From: an uncultured Thiotrichaceae bacterium
Lineage (GTDB): Bacteria; Pseudomonadota; Gammaproteobacteria; Beggiatoales; Beggiatoaceae
Length of the DNA: 56,795 nt
NCBI GenBank assembly: GCA_964555395.1
Contig: CAZKST010000001.1
Location: 1 to 56,795 of the forward strand
Direction of reading: 5' to 3'
Part shown: piece after piece, positions 11,310 to 23,315 of the stretch
Layout: every line of letters starts with the position of its first letter
How positions within the stretch are numbered: the first letter of the stretch is position 1
The notes under the pieces: generated by a model
Told to the model about the DNA's origin: nothing
The model's input: the letters and a program-made list of their open reading frames with translations, nothing else
Database searches by the model: none
Program-made: the position numbers and the translations under genes

Positions 11310-11612
11310 ATGAGTATGGGTGCTGATGCTGTTGCTCAAATTGGTGCTGTTTACGCAAACACTGTATTAGTTGTTGGTTTTATTTTAGCTTTCGCAGCTG
11401 CTGCTTCTGCAATTGGCTGGGCGATGATTTGTTCTCAATACTTAGCAGGGATTGCTCGTCAACCTGAAATGCGCGCTCAATTAATGGGTCAAATGTTATT
11501 TACAGGTGGTTTAATGGAAGCGTTCCCAATGATCGCTTTAGGTATCGCAATGTTCTTCACCTTTGCTAATCCATTTGCAGGTTCTTTAATTACTGCTTTA
11601 GGGTTGAAATAA
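11310..11612 (+). CDS. atpE: F0F1 ATP synthase subunit c (unusually long, 100 aa)
   Basis: The loop reads GIARQPE and helix 2 reads GGLMEAFPMIALGIAMF with the carboxylate Glu. A strong SD (AAGGAG) lies 8 nt upstream of the ATG. Confidence 0.93.
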   Translation: MSMGADAVAQIGAVYANTVLVVGFILAFAAAASAIGWAMICSQYLAGIARQPEMRAQLMGQMLFTGGLMEAFPMIALGIAMFFTFANPFAGSLITALGLK

Positions 11613-11675
11613 GGTTAAATTGGAAATTCACCACAAACGTTTTTTTCTTTTAACCTATACGTTTAGGGGATAACC

Positions 11676-12146
11676 ATGAATTTAACCGCAACGCTATTGG
11701 GGCAAATGTTAACCTTCGCGGTTCTCGTTTGGTTCGTTAGCCGCTATCTCTGGACGCCGATGACAGCTATGTTAGCAGACCGTAACAAACGGATTGCCGA
11801 CGGATTGTCAGCCGCCGATCGTGGTAAGCATGAATTAGAGTTGGCTCAACAGCGCGCCGCTGATATTTTACGCAAAGCTAAACAAGAAGCAGCTGAAGTT
11901 GTGGCAGTCGCCAACAAACAAGCTTCTCAAGTTATAGATCAAGCACGCATAGAAGCTAAAGCTGAAGGGCAACGTCAATTAGAAGCAGCGCAAGCCGAAA
12001 TTGAACAAGAGAAAAAACGTGCGCAGGAACATCTGTATGAACAAGTTGTTAGTCTCGCAATTACCAGTGCTGAAAAAGTATTGGAACGCGAAATTAATGC
12101 CTCAATTCATGCCGAATTTATTGAAAATATGATCAAAAAAGTGTAG
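11676..12146 (+). CDS. atpF: F0F1 ATP synthase subunit b
   Basis: 156 aa with a single N-terminal TM segment followed by a long charged Ala/Glu/Lys/Gln helix. Position in the operon supports the call. Confidence 0.92.
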   Translation: MNLTATLLGQMLTFAVLVWFVSRYLWTPMTAMLADRNKRIADGLSAADRGKHELELAQQRAADILRKAKQEAAEVVAVANKQASQVIDQARIEAKAEGQRQLEAAQAEIEQEKKRAQEHLYEQVVSLAITSAEKVLEREINASIHAEFIENMIKKV

Positions 12147-12155
12147 GCGCAACGT

Positions 12156-12689
12156 ATGTCAGAATTAGCCACTCTGGCGCGTCCTTATGCGGAGGCTATC
12201 GCCGCGCTCGCCAAACAAGATGATAGCTTTGATAAATGGTCTGAAGACCTTGCTAATTTGTTAGCAATCGTTTCAGACGCAGACATGAAAGCTGTTATTT
12301 ATAATCCTCGCATTGCAAAAGATACTTTGAAAAAGTTAATGCTGGATGTGTGCGAAACCGTAAGCGACGCGACGAAAAATTTAATCAAAGTCTTAGTAGA
12401 TAATCAACGGTTAGAAGCTATTCCTCAAATAGTTGAACAATACGAAACTTTGAAGTCCGAGTATAAAGGATATGCTAAGGTAGAAATTATTTCTGCTTAT
12501 GAGGTTTCTCCCGAACAACAGCAAGCCGTTATCAACACAATGAGTAGCCGTTTAGGAAAAGCTGTGACAATTACAGTTTCTCATGATGCCTCTCTCATGG
12601 GTGGATGGTTATTGCGGGTCGGAGATGAAGTGACTGACTTATCCGTACGCGGTCGTCTCCAAAAGTTATCTGCCGAATTGCGCCACTAA
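12156..12689 (+). CDS. atpH: F0F1 ATP synthase subunit delta
   Basis: 177 aa. N-terminal LARPYAEAI and a C-terminal LxGGxxxxxGDxVxDxSVRGRLxxL signature. Position in the operon supports the call. Confidence 0.92.
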   Translation: MSELATLARPYAEAIAALAKQDDSFDKWSEDLANLLAIVSDADMKAVIYNPRIAKDTLKKLMLDVCETVSDATKNLIKVLVDNQRLEAIPQIVEQYETLKSEYKGYAKVEIISAYEVSPEQQQAVINTMSSRLGKAVTITVSHDASLMGGWLLRVGDEVTDLSVRGRLQKLSAELRH

Positions 12690-12710
12690 AGCGAAAGCGA
12701 GATATTAGCA

Positions 12711-14252
12711 ATGCAGCTTAATCCTTCTGAAATCAGTGAACTGATTAAAAAGAAAATTCAAAATTATGATTTAGCTACCCAAGCCCGTAGCGAAGGGACA
12801 GTAGTTAGCGTTACTGACGGTATTATTCGTATTCATGGTTTAGCCGATGCAATGCAAGGGGAGATGATTGAACTTCCCGGCGATTCTTACGGCATGGTAT
12901 TAAACTTAGAACAAGATTCCGTTGGTGCCGTTGTATTAGGAAAATATGAGCATATTACCGAAGGTGACACCGTTAAGTGTACAGGTCGCATTTTAGAAGT
13001 GCCTGTGGGTGAAGCTTTATTAGGTCGGGTTGTTAACTCTTTAGGTCAACCGATCGATGGTAAAGGACCAATCAATGCAGAAGGTAGCTTACCGATTGAG
13101 CGTATTGCCCCTGGGGTTATTGCTCGTCAATCCGTTAGCCAACCTGTGCAAACGGGTTTAAAAGCGATTGACGCGATGGTGCCAATTGGACGTGGTCAAC
13201 GGGAATTAATCATCGGTGACCGTCAAACTGGTAAAACCGCTGTTGCAGTTGACGCGATTATCAACCAAAAAGGGACTGGCGTTAAGTGTATTTATGTAGC
13301 GATTGGACAAAAAGCGTCCTCTATCGCTAACGTAGTACGCAAGTTAGAAGAGCACGGCGCGATGGCTCACACTATCGTTGTTGCAGCTTCTGCTTCTGAC
13401 CCAGCATCTATGCAATTCATTGCACCTTACTCTGGTTGTGCGATGGGTGAATACTTCCGCGATAAAGGCGAAGACGCTTTAATCGTTTATGATGACTTAA
13501 CAAAACAAGCTTGGGCATATCGTCAAGTTTCCTTGTTATTACGTCGTCCACCTGGTCGCGAAGCTTATCCTGGTGACGTGTTCTATTTACACTCTCGTTT
13601 ATTAGAGCGCGCTGCACGAATCAATGCTGACTATGTAGAAAAACTCACCAATGGCGCAGTCAAAGGTAAAACAGGTTCTTTAACCGCATTACCTGTGATT
13701 GAAACCCAAGCGGGTGACGTATCTGCATTCGTGCCTACCAACGTAATTTCTATTACTGATGGTCAAATCTACTTAGAAACTAACTTGTTTAACTCTGGTA
13801 TTCGTCCAGCGATTAACGCAGGTTTATCCGTTTCTCGGGTAGGTGGTGCAGCACAAACGAAGATTATTAAGAAATTAGGGGGCGGTGTTCGTTTAAGTCT
13901 CGCTCAATATCGTGAATTAGCCGCGTTTGCTCAGTTCGCATCTGATTTAGATGACGCAACTCGTAAGCAAATTGAACGTGGTCAACGCGTTACTGAATTG
14001 ATGAAACAAAAACAATACGCACCTTTAAGTGTTGCCGAAATGGCAGTGTCTCTGTTTGCCGCTAACGAAGGCTTCTTAGATGACGTAGCAGTTAAGAAAG
14101 TCGTTGATTTTGAATCAGCATTGCATGTTTATATGCGCAATAACTATGCTGATTTATTGAAAAAAATCAATGAATCAGGTGACTACAACGACGACATCGC
14201 GAATACCTTCAAGAAAGCCTTGCAGGACTTCAAAGCCAATCACACGTGGTAG
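12711..14252 (+). CDS. atpA: F0F1 ATP synthase subunit alpha
   Basis: 513 aa. Walker [12 protein letters not shown], plus [28 protein letters not shown]. Confidence 0.98.
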   Translation: MQLNPSEISELIKKKIQNYDLATQARSEGTVVSVTDGIIRIHGLADAMQGEMIELPGDSYGMVLNLEQDSVGAVVLGKYEHITEGDTVKCTGRILEVPVGEALLGRVVNSLGQPIDGKGPINAEGSLPIERIAPGVIARQSVSQPVQTGLKAIDAMVPIGRGQRELIIGDRQTGKTAVAVDAIINQKGTGVKCIYVAIGQKASSIANVVRKLEEHGAMAHTIVVAASASDPASMQFIAPYSGCAMGEYFRDKGEDALIVYDDLTKQAWAYRQVSLLLRRPPGREAYPGDVFYLHSRLLERAARINADYVEKLTNGAVKGKTGSLTALPVIETQAGDVSAFVPTNVISITDGQIYLETNLFNSGIRPAINAGLSVSRVGGAAQTKIIKKLGGGVRLSLAQYRELAAFAQFASDLDDATRKQIERGQRVTELMKQKQYAPLSVAEMAVSLFAANEGFLDDVAVKKVVDFESALHVYMRNNYADLLKKINESGDYNDDIANTFKKALQDFKANHTW

Positions 14253-14354
14253 TCGAGTAACAGTGAAAAGGGTGTGTGGCTGAAGTAATAGAAAACTCTT
14301 CAACCCCACCCTTTTTGCTTGTCGAAAGGTTTGCTTGACAAAAAGGATAAATTT

Positions 14355-15221
14355 ATGGCGAGCGGTAAAGAGATACGCCTAAAAATTGCGAGTATTAAAA
14401 ATACGCAAAAAATTACCCGTGCGATGGAAATGGTGGCTGCCAGTAAAATGCGCCGTGCGCAAGAACGGATGAAAAAATCCCGTCCTTACGCGGATAAAAT
14501 TGCGAGTGTTATTGGTAATTTAGCACATGCAAATCCTGATTATCGTCACCCTTACATGGTAGCGCGGGAAGTTAAATCAGTAGGTATCATTGTTATTTCT
14601 TCTGATCGGGGTTTATGCGGTGGTTTAAATACCAATATGTTCCGCGTAACTTTACAACGATTAAAAGAATGGCAACAAAAATTAGGCGCAGACAATATTC
14701 ATCTTTGCACTATTGGTAACAAAGCTGCTGGTTTCTTTAAGCGTTATGGCGGGAAAGTTTTAGCACAAGCAACCCATTTAGGCGATACCCCCACATTAGA
14801 AGACATGATTGGGGTAATGAAAGTGATGTTGGATGCTTATAATAACGGTCAAATTGATGAATTACACTTAGTGTATAACCGTTTTATTAACACCATGACA
14901 CAACGTCCTGAAGTGCAACAGTTGTTACCAACACCTCCTAGTGATGATGCTCAGTTCCAACATGCATGGGATTATTTATATGAGCCTTCAGCCTCAGAAG
15001 TGTTAGACATGTTGTTACAACGCTATATTGAATCCTTGATTTATCAAGGTGTTGTAGAAAATTTAGCATGTGAACAAGCTTCTCGGATGGTTGCGATGAA
15101 AAGTGCTTCTGACAACGCGGGTAAAGTTATTAATGAGTTACAACTTGCGTACAACAAAGCACGGCAAGCTTCAATTACCCAAGAAATTTCCGAAATCGTG
15201 GGCGGTGCGGCTGCGGTTTAG
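14355..15221 (+). CDS. atpG: F0F1 ATP synthase subunit gamma
   Basis: [36 protein letters not shown] and C-terminal [15 protein letters not shown]. The track ORF begins at TTG 14319. ATG 14355 has AAGGA 8 nt upstream and matches the usual gamma N-terminus. Confidence 0.95.
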   Translation: MASGKEIRLKIASIKNTQKITRAMEMVAASKMRRAQERMKKSRPYADKIASVIGNLAHANPDYRHPYMVAREVKSVGIIVISSDRGLCGGLNTNMFRVTLQRLKEWQQKLGADNIHLCTIGNKAAGFFKRYGGKVLAQATHLGDTPTLEDMIGVMKVMLDAYNNGQIDELHLVYNRFINTMTQRPEVQQLLPTPPSDDAQFQHAWDYLYEPSASEVLDMLLQRYIESLIYQGVVENLACEQASRMVAMKSASDNAGKVINELQLAYNKARQASITQEISEIVGGAAAV

Positions 15222-15263
15222 TTCTCAGCACGTTCATCGTTTATAGCATTAAAAATACGCTAA

Positions 15264-16691
<1,428 letters not shown>

Positions 16692-16702
16692 TCGCCGACC
16701 TG

Positions 16703-16733
16703 CATTTTGTTAGCGTTTATCGCTAACAAAATG
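16703..16733 (+). promoter_or_regulatory. intra-operon stem-loop between atpD and atpC
   Basis: CATTTTGTTAGCG-TTTAT-CGCTAACAAAATG forms a perfect 13-bp stem. It lies 12 nt after the atpD stop and 26 nt before the atpC start, with no U-tract after it. Confidence 0.6.
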
Positions 16734-16758
16734 TGGACTCACTTAAGAGGACACGACT

Positions 16759-17187
16759 ATGACGATGACTATTCATGTTGACATCGTAAGTGCTGAGGCG
16801 GAGATTTATTCTGGTCAAGCTGAAATTTTATTTGCGCCTGCAATGCAGGGAGAAATTGGGGTAATGCCACGTCATACACCTTTTTTATCTCCTTTAAAAG
16901 CAGGTGAAGTGCGCATTAAAACTGCACCTGATCACGAAGAATCCTTTTTTATCTCAGGTGGGATGATTGAAGTTCAACCTTCTCGCGTGACAGTTCTTGC
17001 AGATACCGCATTACGAGCTAAAGACCTTGATGAAGCGGCTGCTTTAGAAGCAAAGCAACGCGCGGAGATGATGTTAGCGAATCGTAAATCTGATATTGAC
17101 TACTCAAAGGCTCAAGGCGAGTTAGCTGAAGCTATGGCTCAGTTACAAGCTTTAGATCGTCTCCGCAAAGTTACGCGCATTCGTTAA
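16759..17187 (+). CDS. atpC: F0F1 ATP synthase subunit epsilon
   Basis: 142 aa. N-terminal MTMTIHVDIVSAEAEIYSG resembles E. coli MAMTYHLDVVSAE. It is the last gene of the operon. Confidence 0.95.
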   Translation: MTMTIHVDIVSAEAEIYSGQAEILFAPAMQGEIGVMPRHTPFLSPLKAGEVRIKTAPDHEESFFISGGMIEVQPSRVTVLADTALRAKDLDEAAALEAKQRAEMMLANRKSDIDYSKAQGELAEAMAQLQALDRLRKVTRIR

Positions 17188-17191
17188 GAAT

Positions 17192-17229
17192 AATGATGGC
17201 TGGGATTTCTCAGCCATTATTTCCCTTTC
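17192..17229 (+). terminator. rho-independent terminator of the atp operon
   Basis: The stem pairs AATGATGGCTG with CAGCCATTATT (about 11 bp, one G-U) around an 8-nt loop, followed by a T-rich CCCTTTCT. It starts 5 nt after the atpC stop. Confidence 0.6.
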
Positions 17230-17275
17230 TAAATATGAAAAGTTTTTATAAACTTTCTATTCCCTTCATTCTCTA

Positions 17276-18694
17276 TTGTGTGGCAATTTTCTCGTGAAAC
17301 TTATCCCTATTGTGCTCGCGGCTGGACAAGGCAAGCGGATGCGGTCAGCTTTGCCCAAAGTATTGCATCAATTAGCTGATAAAAGCTTATTGCAACATGT
17401 GATTGATACAACAACACAGTTACAGACAATCCATAATCAAGCTATTCAACAACTTTATGTTATTTATGGACATGGTGGTACGGCGGTTTGTCAAGCTGTT
17501 CAGCAGTGGCAAAGTAGTTATCCAGACTGTAAATTGAATTTAGTTGAACAAGCTCAACAATTAGGGACTGGACATGCCGTTGCTCAGGCAATGCCCTTGA
17601 TTGATAATGAAGCAACGATTCTTGTGCTTTATGGGGATGTGCCATTGATTCAGGCGCAGACGCTGATGCGTTTATGTGCATTATTGCGAGAAAAAACACT
17701 GGCTTTATTGACTGTTACGGTTGCTAATCCACAGGGATATGGACGAATTGTGCGCAATACGGCGGGCGAAGTAGTCAAAATAGTGGAAGAAAAAGATGCT
17801 GATGACAGTATTAAGCAAATCAATGAAGTTAACACTGGGATTTTAGCCGTTTCAGCGGTGGCGTTGCGACGTTGGTTAGCAAATTTAAATAATCATAATG
17901 CGCAAAAAGAATACTATTTGACTGATATTATTGCAGCAGCCGTCGCCGAGGGGTTTCAAATTGCGACGTGTCAACCTGAAACAGTGCAAGAAGTTTTAGG
18001 CGTGAATGACCGCGCACAATTAGCACAGCTAGAACGCCATTATCAACAACGTGTTGTACAGCAATTAATGCAGCAAGGAGTTACGTTTAGAGACCCCAAC
18101 CGTGTTGATATTCGTGGACAATTGACTGTAGGTCAAGATGTTGAAATTGATATAGATGTTATTATTGAAGGGCGGGTACATCTTGGCGACCGTGTAAAAG
18201 TAGGCGCGTTCAGTTTATTGAAAAATATGGAAATTGGACAAGATAGCGTTATTCTGTCTCATTGTGTATTGGAAAATTCTATTGTTGGGCAAGAGGCTAA
18301 AATTGGTCCCTTTACGCGTTTACGTCCAGAAACGCAACTTGCAGATAATGTACATATTGGTAATTTCGTAGAAATTAAGAAAAGTAAAGTAGGGAATGCC
18401 TCAAAAATTAATCATTTAAGTTATATCGGTGATAGTGAAATTGGGCAAAATGTCAATGTAGGTGCAGGGACAATTACTTGTAACTACGATGGCGTTAATA
18501 AATTTAAAACAATTATTGGCGATAATGCTTTTATTGGCTCGGCAACACAACTGGTTGCTCCCGTCAGTGTAGGACAAGGCGCGACCATTGGCGCAGGCTC
18601 AACCATTACCCGTGACGCGCCTGCGGATAAATTAACGCTTAGCCGTCCCGCGCAGCAAACGATTGGACATTGGCAACGTCCTACTAAAAAATAA
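17276..18694 (+). CDS. glmU: bifunctional UDP-GlcNAc pyrophosphorylase / GlcN-1-P acetyltransferase
   Basis: [20 protein letters not shown] nucleotidyltransferase motif and C-terminal left-handed beta-helix hexapeptide repeats ([30 protein letters not shown]). The TTG start at 17276 is uncertain; GTG 17294 is an alternative. Confidence 0.93.
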   Translation: MCGNFLVKLIPIVLAAGQGKRMRSALPKVLHQLADKSLLQHVIDTTTQLQTIHNQAIQQLYVIYGHGGTAVCQAVQQWQSSYPDCKLNLVEQAQQLGTGHAVAQAMPLIDNEATILVLYGDVPLIQAQTLMRLCALLREKTLALLTVTVANPQGYGRIVRNTAGEVVKIVEEKDADDSIKQINEVNTGILAVSAVALRRWLANLNNHNAQKEYYLTDIIAAAVAEGFQIATCQPETVQEVLGVNDRAQLAQLERHYQQRVVQQLMQQGVTFRDPNRVDIRGQLTVGQDVEIDIDVIIEGRVHLGDRVKVGAFSLLKNMEIGQDSVILSHCVLENSIVGQEAKIGPFTRLRPETQLADNVHIGNFVEIKKSKVGNASKINHLSYIGDSEIGQNVNVGAGTITCNYDGVNKFKTIIGDNAFIGSATQLVAPVSVGQGATIGAGSTITRDAPADKLTLSRPAQQTIGHWQRPTKK

Positions 18695-18720
18695 TTTTAA
18701 ATTTCAATTTATTACAAATT

Positions 18721-19185
18721 ATGTTGCATTGTGTTTTACATCAACCTGAAATTCCCCCCAATACGGGCAATATTATTCGTCTCTGTGCTAATACAGGAAT
18801 TCAGTTGCATTTAATCCATCCGCTGGGTTTTACTTTAGATGACCAACGTTGTCGGCGGGCGGGGTTGGATTATCATGAATGGGCAAGTGTCCAAAATCAT
18901 GAGAATTTAGCAGCGTTTTATCAAAGCGCGCAACCACAACGCATATTTGCGTGTTCAACTAAAGGCAAGCAATATCACACGATGCCACATTATCAGGCAG
19001 GTGATACTTTTTTATTTGGCTGTGAAACTAAAGGCTTGCCCGCTGAGGTTTTAGCCAGTTTGCCACCTGAGCAAATTATCCGTATTCCAATGTTAGCGAC
19101 CAGTCGCAGCATGAATTTATCCAATGCCGTTGCAGTCATTTTATATGAAGCATGGCGACAATTAGGCTTTCCCAACGCCTGTTAA
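18721..19185 (+). CDS. trmL: tRNA (cytidine/uridine-2'-O)-methyltransferase TrmL (SpoU family)
   Basis: 154 aa. N-terminal [20 protein letters not shown], then FGCETKGLP and [16 protein letters not shown], matching the SPOUT knot motifs. Confidence 0.88.
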   Translation: MLHCVLHQPEIPPNTGNIIRLCANTGIQLHLIHPLGFTLDDQRCRRAGLDYHEWASVQNHENLAAFYQSAQPQRIFACSTKGKQYHTMPHYQAGDTFLFGCETKGLPAEVLASLPPEQIIRIPMLATSRSMNLSNAVAVILYEAWRQLGFPNAC

Positions 19186-19206
19186 TTTTTAACTGAAAAT
19201 CGTTTT

Positions 19207-19857
19207 ATGCAAGCTTATCAACGTGAATTTTTAGAATTTGCCATTGCGCAACAAGTTTTACGGTTTGGCGAGTTCACTTTAAAATCTGGACGTAATAGTC
19301 CTTATTTTTTCAATGCAGGTTTATTCAATACAGGCAATGCTTTAGCGCGTTTAGGGCGTTATTATGCTGCCACTTTGCAAGCCTCTGGTTTGGAATTTAC
19401 CCATTTATTTGGTCCCGCTTACAAAGGGATTCCGCTGGTTGCTACAACTGCCGTTGCATTAGCAGACCATCATCAGCGTGATGTGCCTTATACATTTAAC
19501 CGTAAAGAAGTCAAAGACCATGGCGAAGGCGGTTTATTAGTCGGTGCCCCCATTCAAGGCGGTAAAGTTGTTTTAATTGATGATGTTATCAGCGCAGGAA
19601 CAGCAATTCGCGAAGCGGTACAAATTATTCGGGCGCAAGGCGCAGAATTAGCAGGAATTGTAATTGCACTGAATCGGCAAGAAAAAGGACAAAGCGAGTT
19701 GTCCGCGATTCAAGAAGTTGAACAAAGTCTCAATGTTAAAGTTTTCAGTATTGTGACTGTGACTGATTTAATGAACTATCTTGCAGAGCAGCAAGGTTAT
19801 GAGCGTGTTTTAACTGCCATGCAAAATTATCGCGCCCAGTATGGCGTAAACACTTAG
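19207..19857 (+). CDS. pyrE: orotate phosphoribosyltransferase
   Basis: 216 aa. [29 protein letters not shown], and the PRPP-binding [14 protein letters not shown]. Confidence 0.95.
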   Translation: MQAYQREFLEFAIAQQVLRFGEFTLKSGRNSPYFFNAGLFNTGNALARLGRYYAATLQASGLEFTHLFGPAYKGIPLVATTAVALADHHQRDVPYTFNRKEVKDHGEGGLLVGAPIQGGKVVLIDDVISAGTAIREAVQIIRAQGAELAGIVIALNRQEKGQSELSAIQEVEQSLNVKVFSIVTVTDLMNYLAEQQGYERVLTAMQNYRAQYGVNT

Positions 19858-19873
19858 CACAGTGGATAAACGA

Positions 19874-20191
19874 ATGGGCTGGCTATATTGTGTTATTGCG
19901 GGACTACTAGAAATTGCATGGGTAGTCGGCTTAAAATACTCTGATGGATTTACCCGTTTATATCCCAGTTTAATCACCATTATCTTGATGATTTTAAGCA
20001 TGGTTTTGCTGGCTTTAGCGTTTCGCACCTTGCCCATTGGCACCGCTTATGCGGTCTGGGTTGGGATTGGAACGGTGGGCACGGTTATCATTGGCATGTT
20101 ATATTGGAATGAATCTGCTGACCTCATACGCATCATGTGCATTGCATTAATTGTTATGGGTATTGTTGGCTTAAAATTAACCTCTTCATAA
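19874..20191 (+). CDS. sugE: SMR-family exporter (SugE/Gdx-like)
   Basis: [29 protein letters not shown] carries the conserved membrane Glu, and there are four TM helices. The track ORF starts at GTG 19862. ATG 19874 matches the usual SugE N-terminus. Confidence 0.88.
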   Translation: MGWLYCVIAGLLEIAWVVGLKYSDGFTRLYPSLITIILMILSMVLLALAFRTLPIGTAYAVWVGIGTVGTVIIGMLYWNESADLIRIMCIALIVMGIVGLKLTSS

Positions 20192-20233
20192 AAATAAGTG
20201 TTTATCAATCCAAAAGTATGAAGACAACTTTTA

Positions 20234-21193
20234 ATGTGGTTAATTATGTCCACTGAGTCTTTTTCACCGCTTGCTGTTTATCAGAAATTAGTTGCTAATT
20301 TAAATCAAGTTGTTAGCGGACAAAATGCAGCCATTCGTAAATTATTAGCCGCCTTTGCGAGTGGTGGACATGTACTATTAGAAGATTTACCGGGCACGGG
20401 TAAAACAACACTTGCAAAGACTTTAGCCCAATCTTTGCAATTAGATTTTCAACGCATTCAATTTACCCCTGATTTATTACCTTCTGATATTGTAGGGGTT
20501 TCTATTTTTGATGCTAAAACCCAAAATTTTAGAATTCATCGCGGCCCTGTATTTACAGAAGTTTTGCTGGCGGATGAAATCAATCGCGCTTCGCCGCGTA
20601 CGCAATCTGCCTTATTAGAAGCAATGGGAGAAGGACAAGTTAGTTTAGAAGGGACGCGCCATCAATTAAGTCCTTTATTTTTTGTCATTGCCACGCAAAA
20701 TCCTATTGAATTTCATGGCACTTATCCCTTACCAGAAGCACAAATGGATAGATTTGCGCTCCGTTTTAGTTTGGGTTATGTTAGTTTAGAACAAGAAATT
20801 GCGATTCTTTCTACACGTCAAACTAGCCAATATTCTTATAGCGTCCCGCCGTGTCTGACCCGTGAAGAAATTGAACAATGGCGTAAAGCCGTGTTTGAGG
20901 TGCGGGTAAGTGATGAGCTTAAACGTTATATTGTGGCATTAGTACAAGCTACCCGTACCGCTAAAGGCGTACTCATGGGCGCAAGTCCACGCGCTTCTTT
21001 GGCGTTAATGAAAACCGCCCAAGCAATTGCATTATTTGAAGGTAAAGCCTTTGTAACGCCTGAACATGTACAAGAATTGGCAGTATCGGTACTTGCGCAT
21101 CGCTTAAAATTAGATTCACAAGCCCGCTTTACTGGAACAGAAGCCAATAAAATTGTTGAAGAATTATTGCAAACTGTTCCTGTCCCCATTTAA
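20234..21193 (+). CDS. MoxR-family AAA+ ATPase
   Basis: Walker A LEDLPGTGKTTLAK, Walker B VLLADEINRASPRTQSALLEAM, and ATQNPIEFHGTYPLPEAQMDRF. ATG 20246 is an alternative start. Confidence 0.92.
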   Translation: MWLIMSTESFSPLAVYQKLVANLNQVVSGQNAAIRKLLAAFASGGHVLLEDLPGTGKTTLAKTLAQSLQLDFQRIQFTPDLLPSDIVGVSIFDAKTQNFRIHRGPVFTEVLLADEINRASPRTQSALLEAMGEGQVSLEGTRHQLSPLFFVIATQNPIEFHGTYPLPEAQMDRFALRFSLGYVSLEQEIAILSTRQTSQYSYSVPPCLTREEIEQWRKAVFEVRVSDELKRYIVALVQATRTAKGVLMGASPRASLALMKTAQAIALFEGKAFVTPEHVQELAVSVLAHRLKLDSQARFTGTEANKIVEELLQTVPVPI

Positions 21194-21207
21194 AAAGGAA
21201 ACAGCCA

Positions 21208-22533
21208 ATGCGCTATTTTCTTTATTACAACTTCAAGCTGATTTTTGCAATTGATGGCTGGGTGCGGCGGCGGTTTACGTTGGTAGGCAAAATCGTTTTA
21301 AGCAGTATTATCATCACGGGGGTATTTGGCATTGATACGCGCCAAACTTTGGCTTATCAACTCTTTGCTTTATTTTTTACGTTGGTATGTCTTTCTCTAG
21401 TAAGCATATTTTTTCATCGCCTGCGTTTTACAGTTAAGCGAGAACTGCCTTTTTATATTATGACTGGCGAGACTTTGCAATATCGCGTCACCGTCTATAA
21501 TCACACGCCCTACTTACAAGCAAATTTACAGCTAATAGAAGACCTTAAACAGCTTTCACCCTCTTATCAAGACTTTATTCAGCAACATGTTTCTGTAAGC
21601 ACTGAAAATAATTGGTTTGATAACTATGTGGGTTATCCGCGCTGGTTAGAAATGCTGTTAAATAGCAAAGGTGCGATTAATGAACCTGCTTCTGTACCTA
21701 CTTTGCCGCCCAACAGTTATTTATCGGTGATGTTATCATTGCACTGTATTCGACGCGGTTATATCTATTTTGAAGGCGCGACACTGGTTCAACCCGATAT
21801 TTTAGGGATTTGCAACTCCTTACACTCAATCAAGCATTACGATAAAATTTTAGTGTTACCCCACAGTTTCCCTGTAAAATCTTTAAACTTATCGGGTTCA
21901 CGTCGTTTTCAACAAGGTGGAATTAACTTAGCCATTTCGGTGGGAGATGCGGAAGAATTTGTTTCATTACGCGAATATCGACCTGGTGACCCACTACGGA
22001 ATATTCACTGGAAAAGCATGGCACGTTTGGGAAAACCCGTTATTAAAGAATATCAAGATGAATTCTTTGTGCGTTATGCTTTGATTTTAGACACGTTTAT
22101 TGATAAAAAAACAGCAGCACGGTTTGAATCTGCGGTTTCAATCGCGGCATCTTTTGCCAGCGCGCCCCGCAACCATGAAAGCCTACTCGATTTAATGTTT
22201 GTGGGGACAGAAGAACATTGTTTTACTAGCGGGCGTGGCGTAGGACAAGTTGATAAACTATTAGAAGTATTAGCCTGTGTACAAGCTAAGAATCAAGGTA
22301 AAGTCAGTAACTTATTGCCCTTATTAAAAAATCATGTTGCGACTTTAAGCGGCTGTGTGTGTATTTTATTAGCGTGGGATGAAGAACGACAACAAATTGT
22401 TGATTTTTTGAGACGGCAAAAATTAGATATGTTAATTATTGTTTTAGCTGATGAAATTCCTAATCCTATTCCTGAACCTTTTTTGCGTTATGTCCGCCCT
22501 GCTTATTTAGCGGAAGATATGCAGCAATTTTAA
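21208..22533 (+). CDS. DUF58-family protein with two N-terminal TM helices (MoxR partner)
   Basis: 441 aa. The signature EFVSLREYRPGDPLRNIHWKSMARLGKPVIKEYQDE is typical of DUF58. The start is 14 nt after the moxR stop. Confidence 0.85.
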   Translation: MRYFLYYNFKLIFAIDGWVRRRFTLVGKIVLSSIIITGVFGIDTRQTLAYQLFALFFTLVCLSLVSIFFHRLRFTVKRELPFYIMTGETLQYRVTVYNHTPYLQANLQLIEDLKQLSPSYQDFIQQHVSVSTENNWFDNYVGYPRWLEMLLNSKGAINEPASVPTLPPNSYLSVMLSLHCIRRGYIYFEGATLVQPDILGICNSLHSIKHYDKILVLPHSFPVKSLNLSGSRRFQQGGINLAISVGDAEEFVSLREYRPGDPLRNIHWKSMARLGKPVIKEYQDEFFVRYALILDTFIDKKTAARFESAVSIAASFASAPRNHESLLDLMFVGTEEHCFTSGRGVGQVDKLLEVLACVQAKNQGKVSNLLPLLKNHVATLSGCVCILLAWDEERQQIVDFLRRQKLDMLIIVLADEIPNPIPEPFLRYVRPAYLAEDMQQF

Positions 22534-22545
22534 TTTTTTTAGCTT

Positions 22546-23289
22546 ATGCGTCATCCTCGTTTATTTATTAATCAACCTTTACAAGCCCATTCGCTGCTGC
22601 CTTTAGACAAAGAAGCGGGACATTATTTAACAACGGTTTTACGCTTGCGCCCTGCTGCCATGCTCACCGTATTTAATGGGAAAGGCGGCGAATTTTTAGC
22701 CCAGCTCAATGGCAGCGGCAAACAAATGAGTTTGCAATTACTAGCGTTTGATAATAATGAATGTGAATCTGCGTTGAATTTGACTTTAGTCCAAGCGATT
22801 TCCCGCCCAGAACACATGGATTTAACCCTGCAAAAAGCCACAGAATTAGGGGTGAGTCGCATTGTGCCTGTGATTACTGAGCGCAGCGCACCATTGGATA
22901 AAGAGCGTTTTGAAAAACGGATGCAGCATTGGCAAAAAATTTTACAAAGTGCGTGTGAACAATCAGGACGCAATCGCTTACCTGAATTATTGCCGATTCA
23001 ACCTTTATGGCAATGGTTAGATACCGATAACGTAACACAAACTTTAAAACTTATTCCAGAACCGCTCGCAAACGACGCATTGCAAATGACGGCAATTCAA
23101 CCCGCGCCGACGGCAGTTAGTCTGTTAATTGGTGCAGAAGGGGGATTTGCCGCCGCAGAAATTCAACACGCGATACAAAAAGGCTATCAAGCTGTTCATT
23201 TAGGAAAACGTATTTTACGCACGGAAACTGCCGCCATTAGTTTATTGGCTTTATGTCAGGGCTTATGGGGAGATTTAACCGTGCGTTAA
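22546..23289 (+). CDS. rsmE: 16S rRNA (uracil1498-N3)-methyltransferase
   Basis: 247 aa. N-terminal PRLFI..., a PUA-like domain, and C-terminal LLIGAEGGF..AE...A...G...V.LG.RILRTETA. Confidence 0.88.
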   Translation: MRHPRLFINQPLQAHSLLPLDKEAGHYLTTVLRLRPAAMLTVFNGKGGEFLAQLNGSGKQMSLQLLAFDNNECESALNLTLVQAISRPEHMDLTLQKATELGVSRIVPVITERSAPLDKERFEKRMQHWQKILQSACEQSGRNRLPELLPIQPLWQWLDTDNVTQTLKLIPEPLANDALQMTAIQPAPTAVSLLIGAEGGFAAAEIQHAIQKGYQAVHLGKRILRTETAAISLLALCQGLWGDLTVR

Positions 23290-23315
23290 ACTGATGTAGA
23301 AATTGCGCGTTGAGA

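Noticed and set aside
19858-19873. Guanidine riboswitch expected upstream of a SugE/Gdx-type gene
   Set aside because: Only about 16 nt separate the pyrE stop from the sugE ATG. There is no room for any riboswitch.
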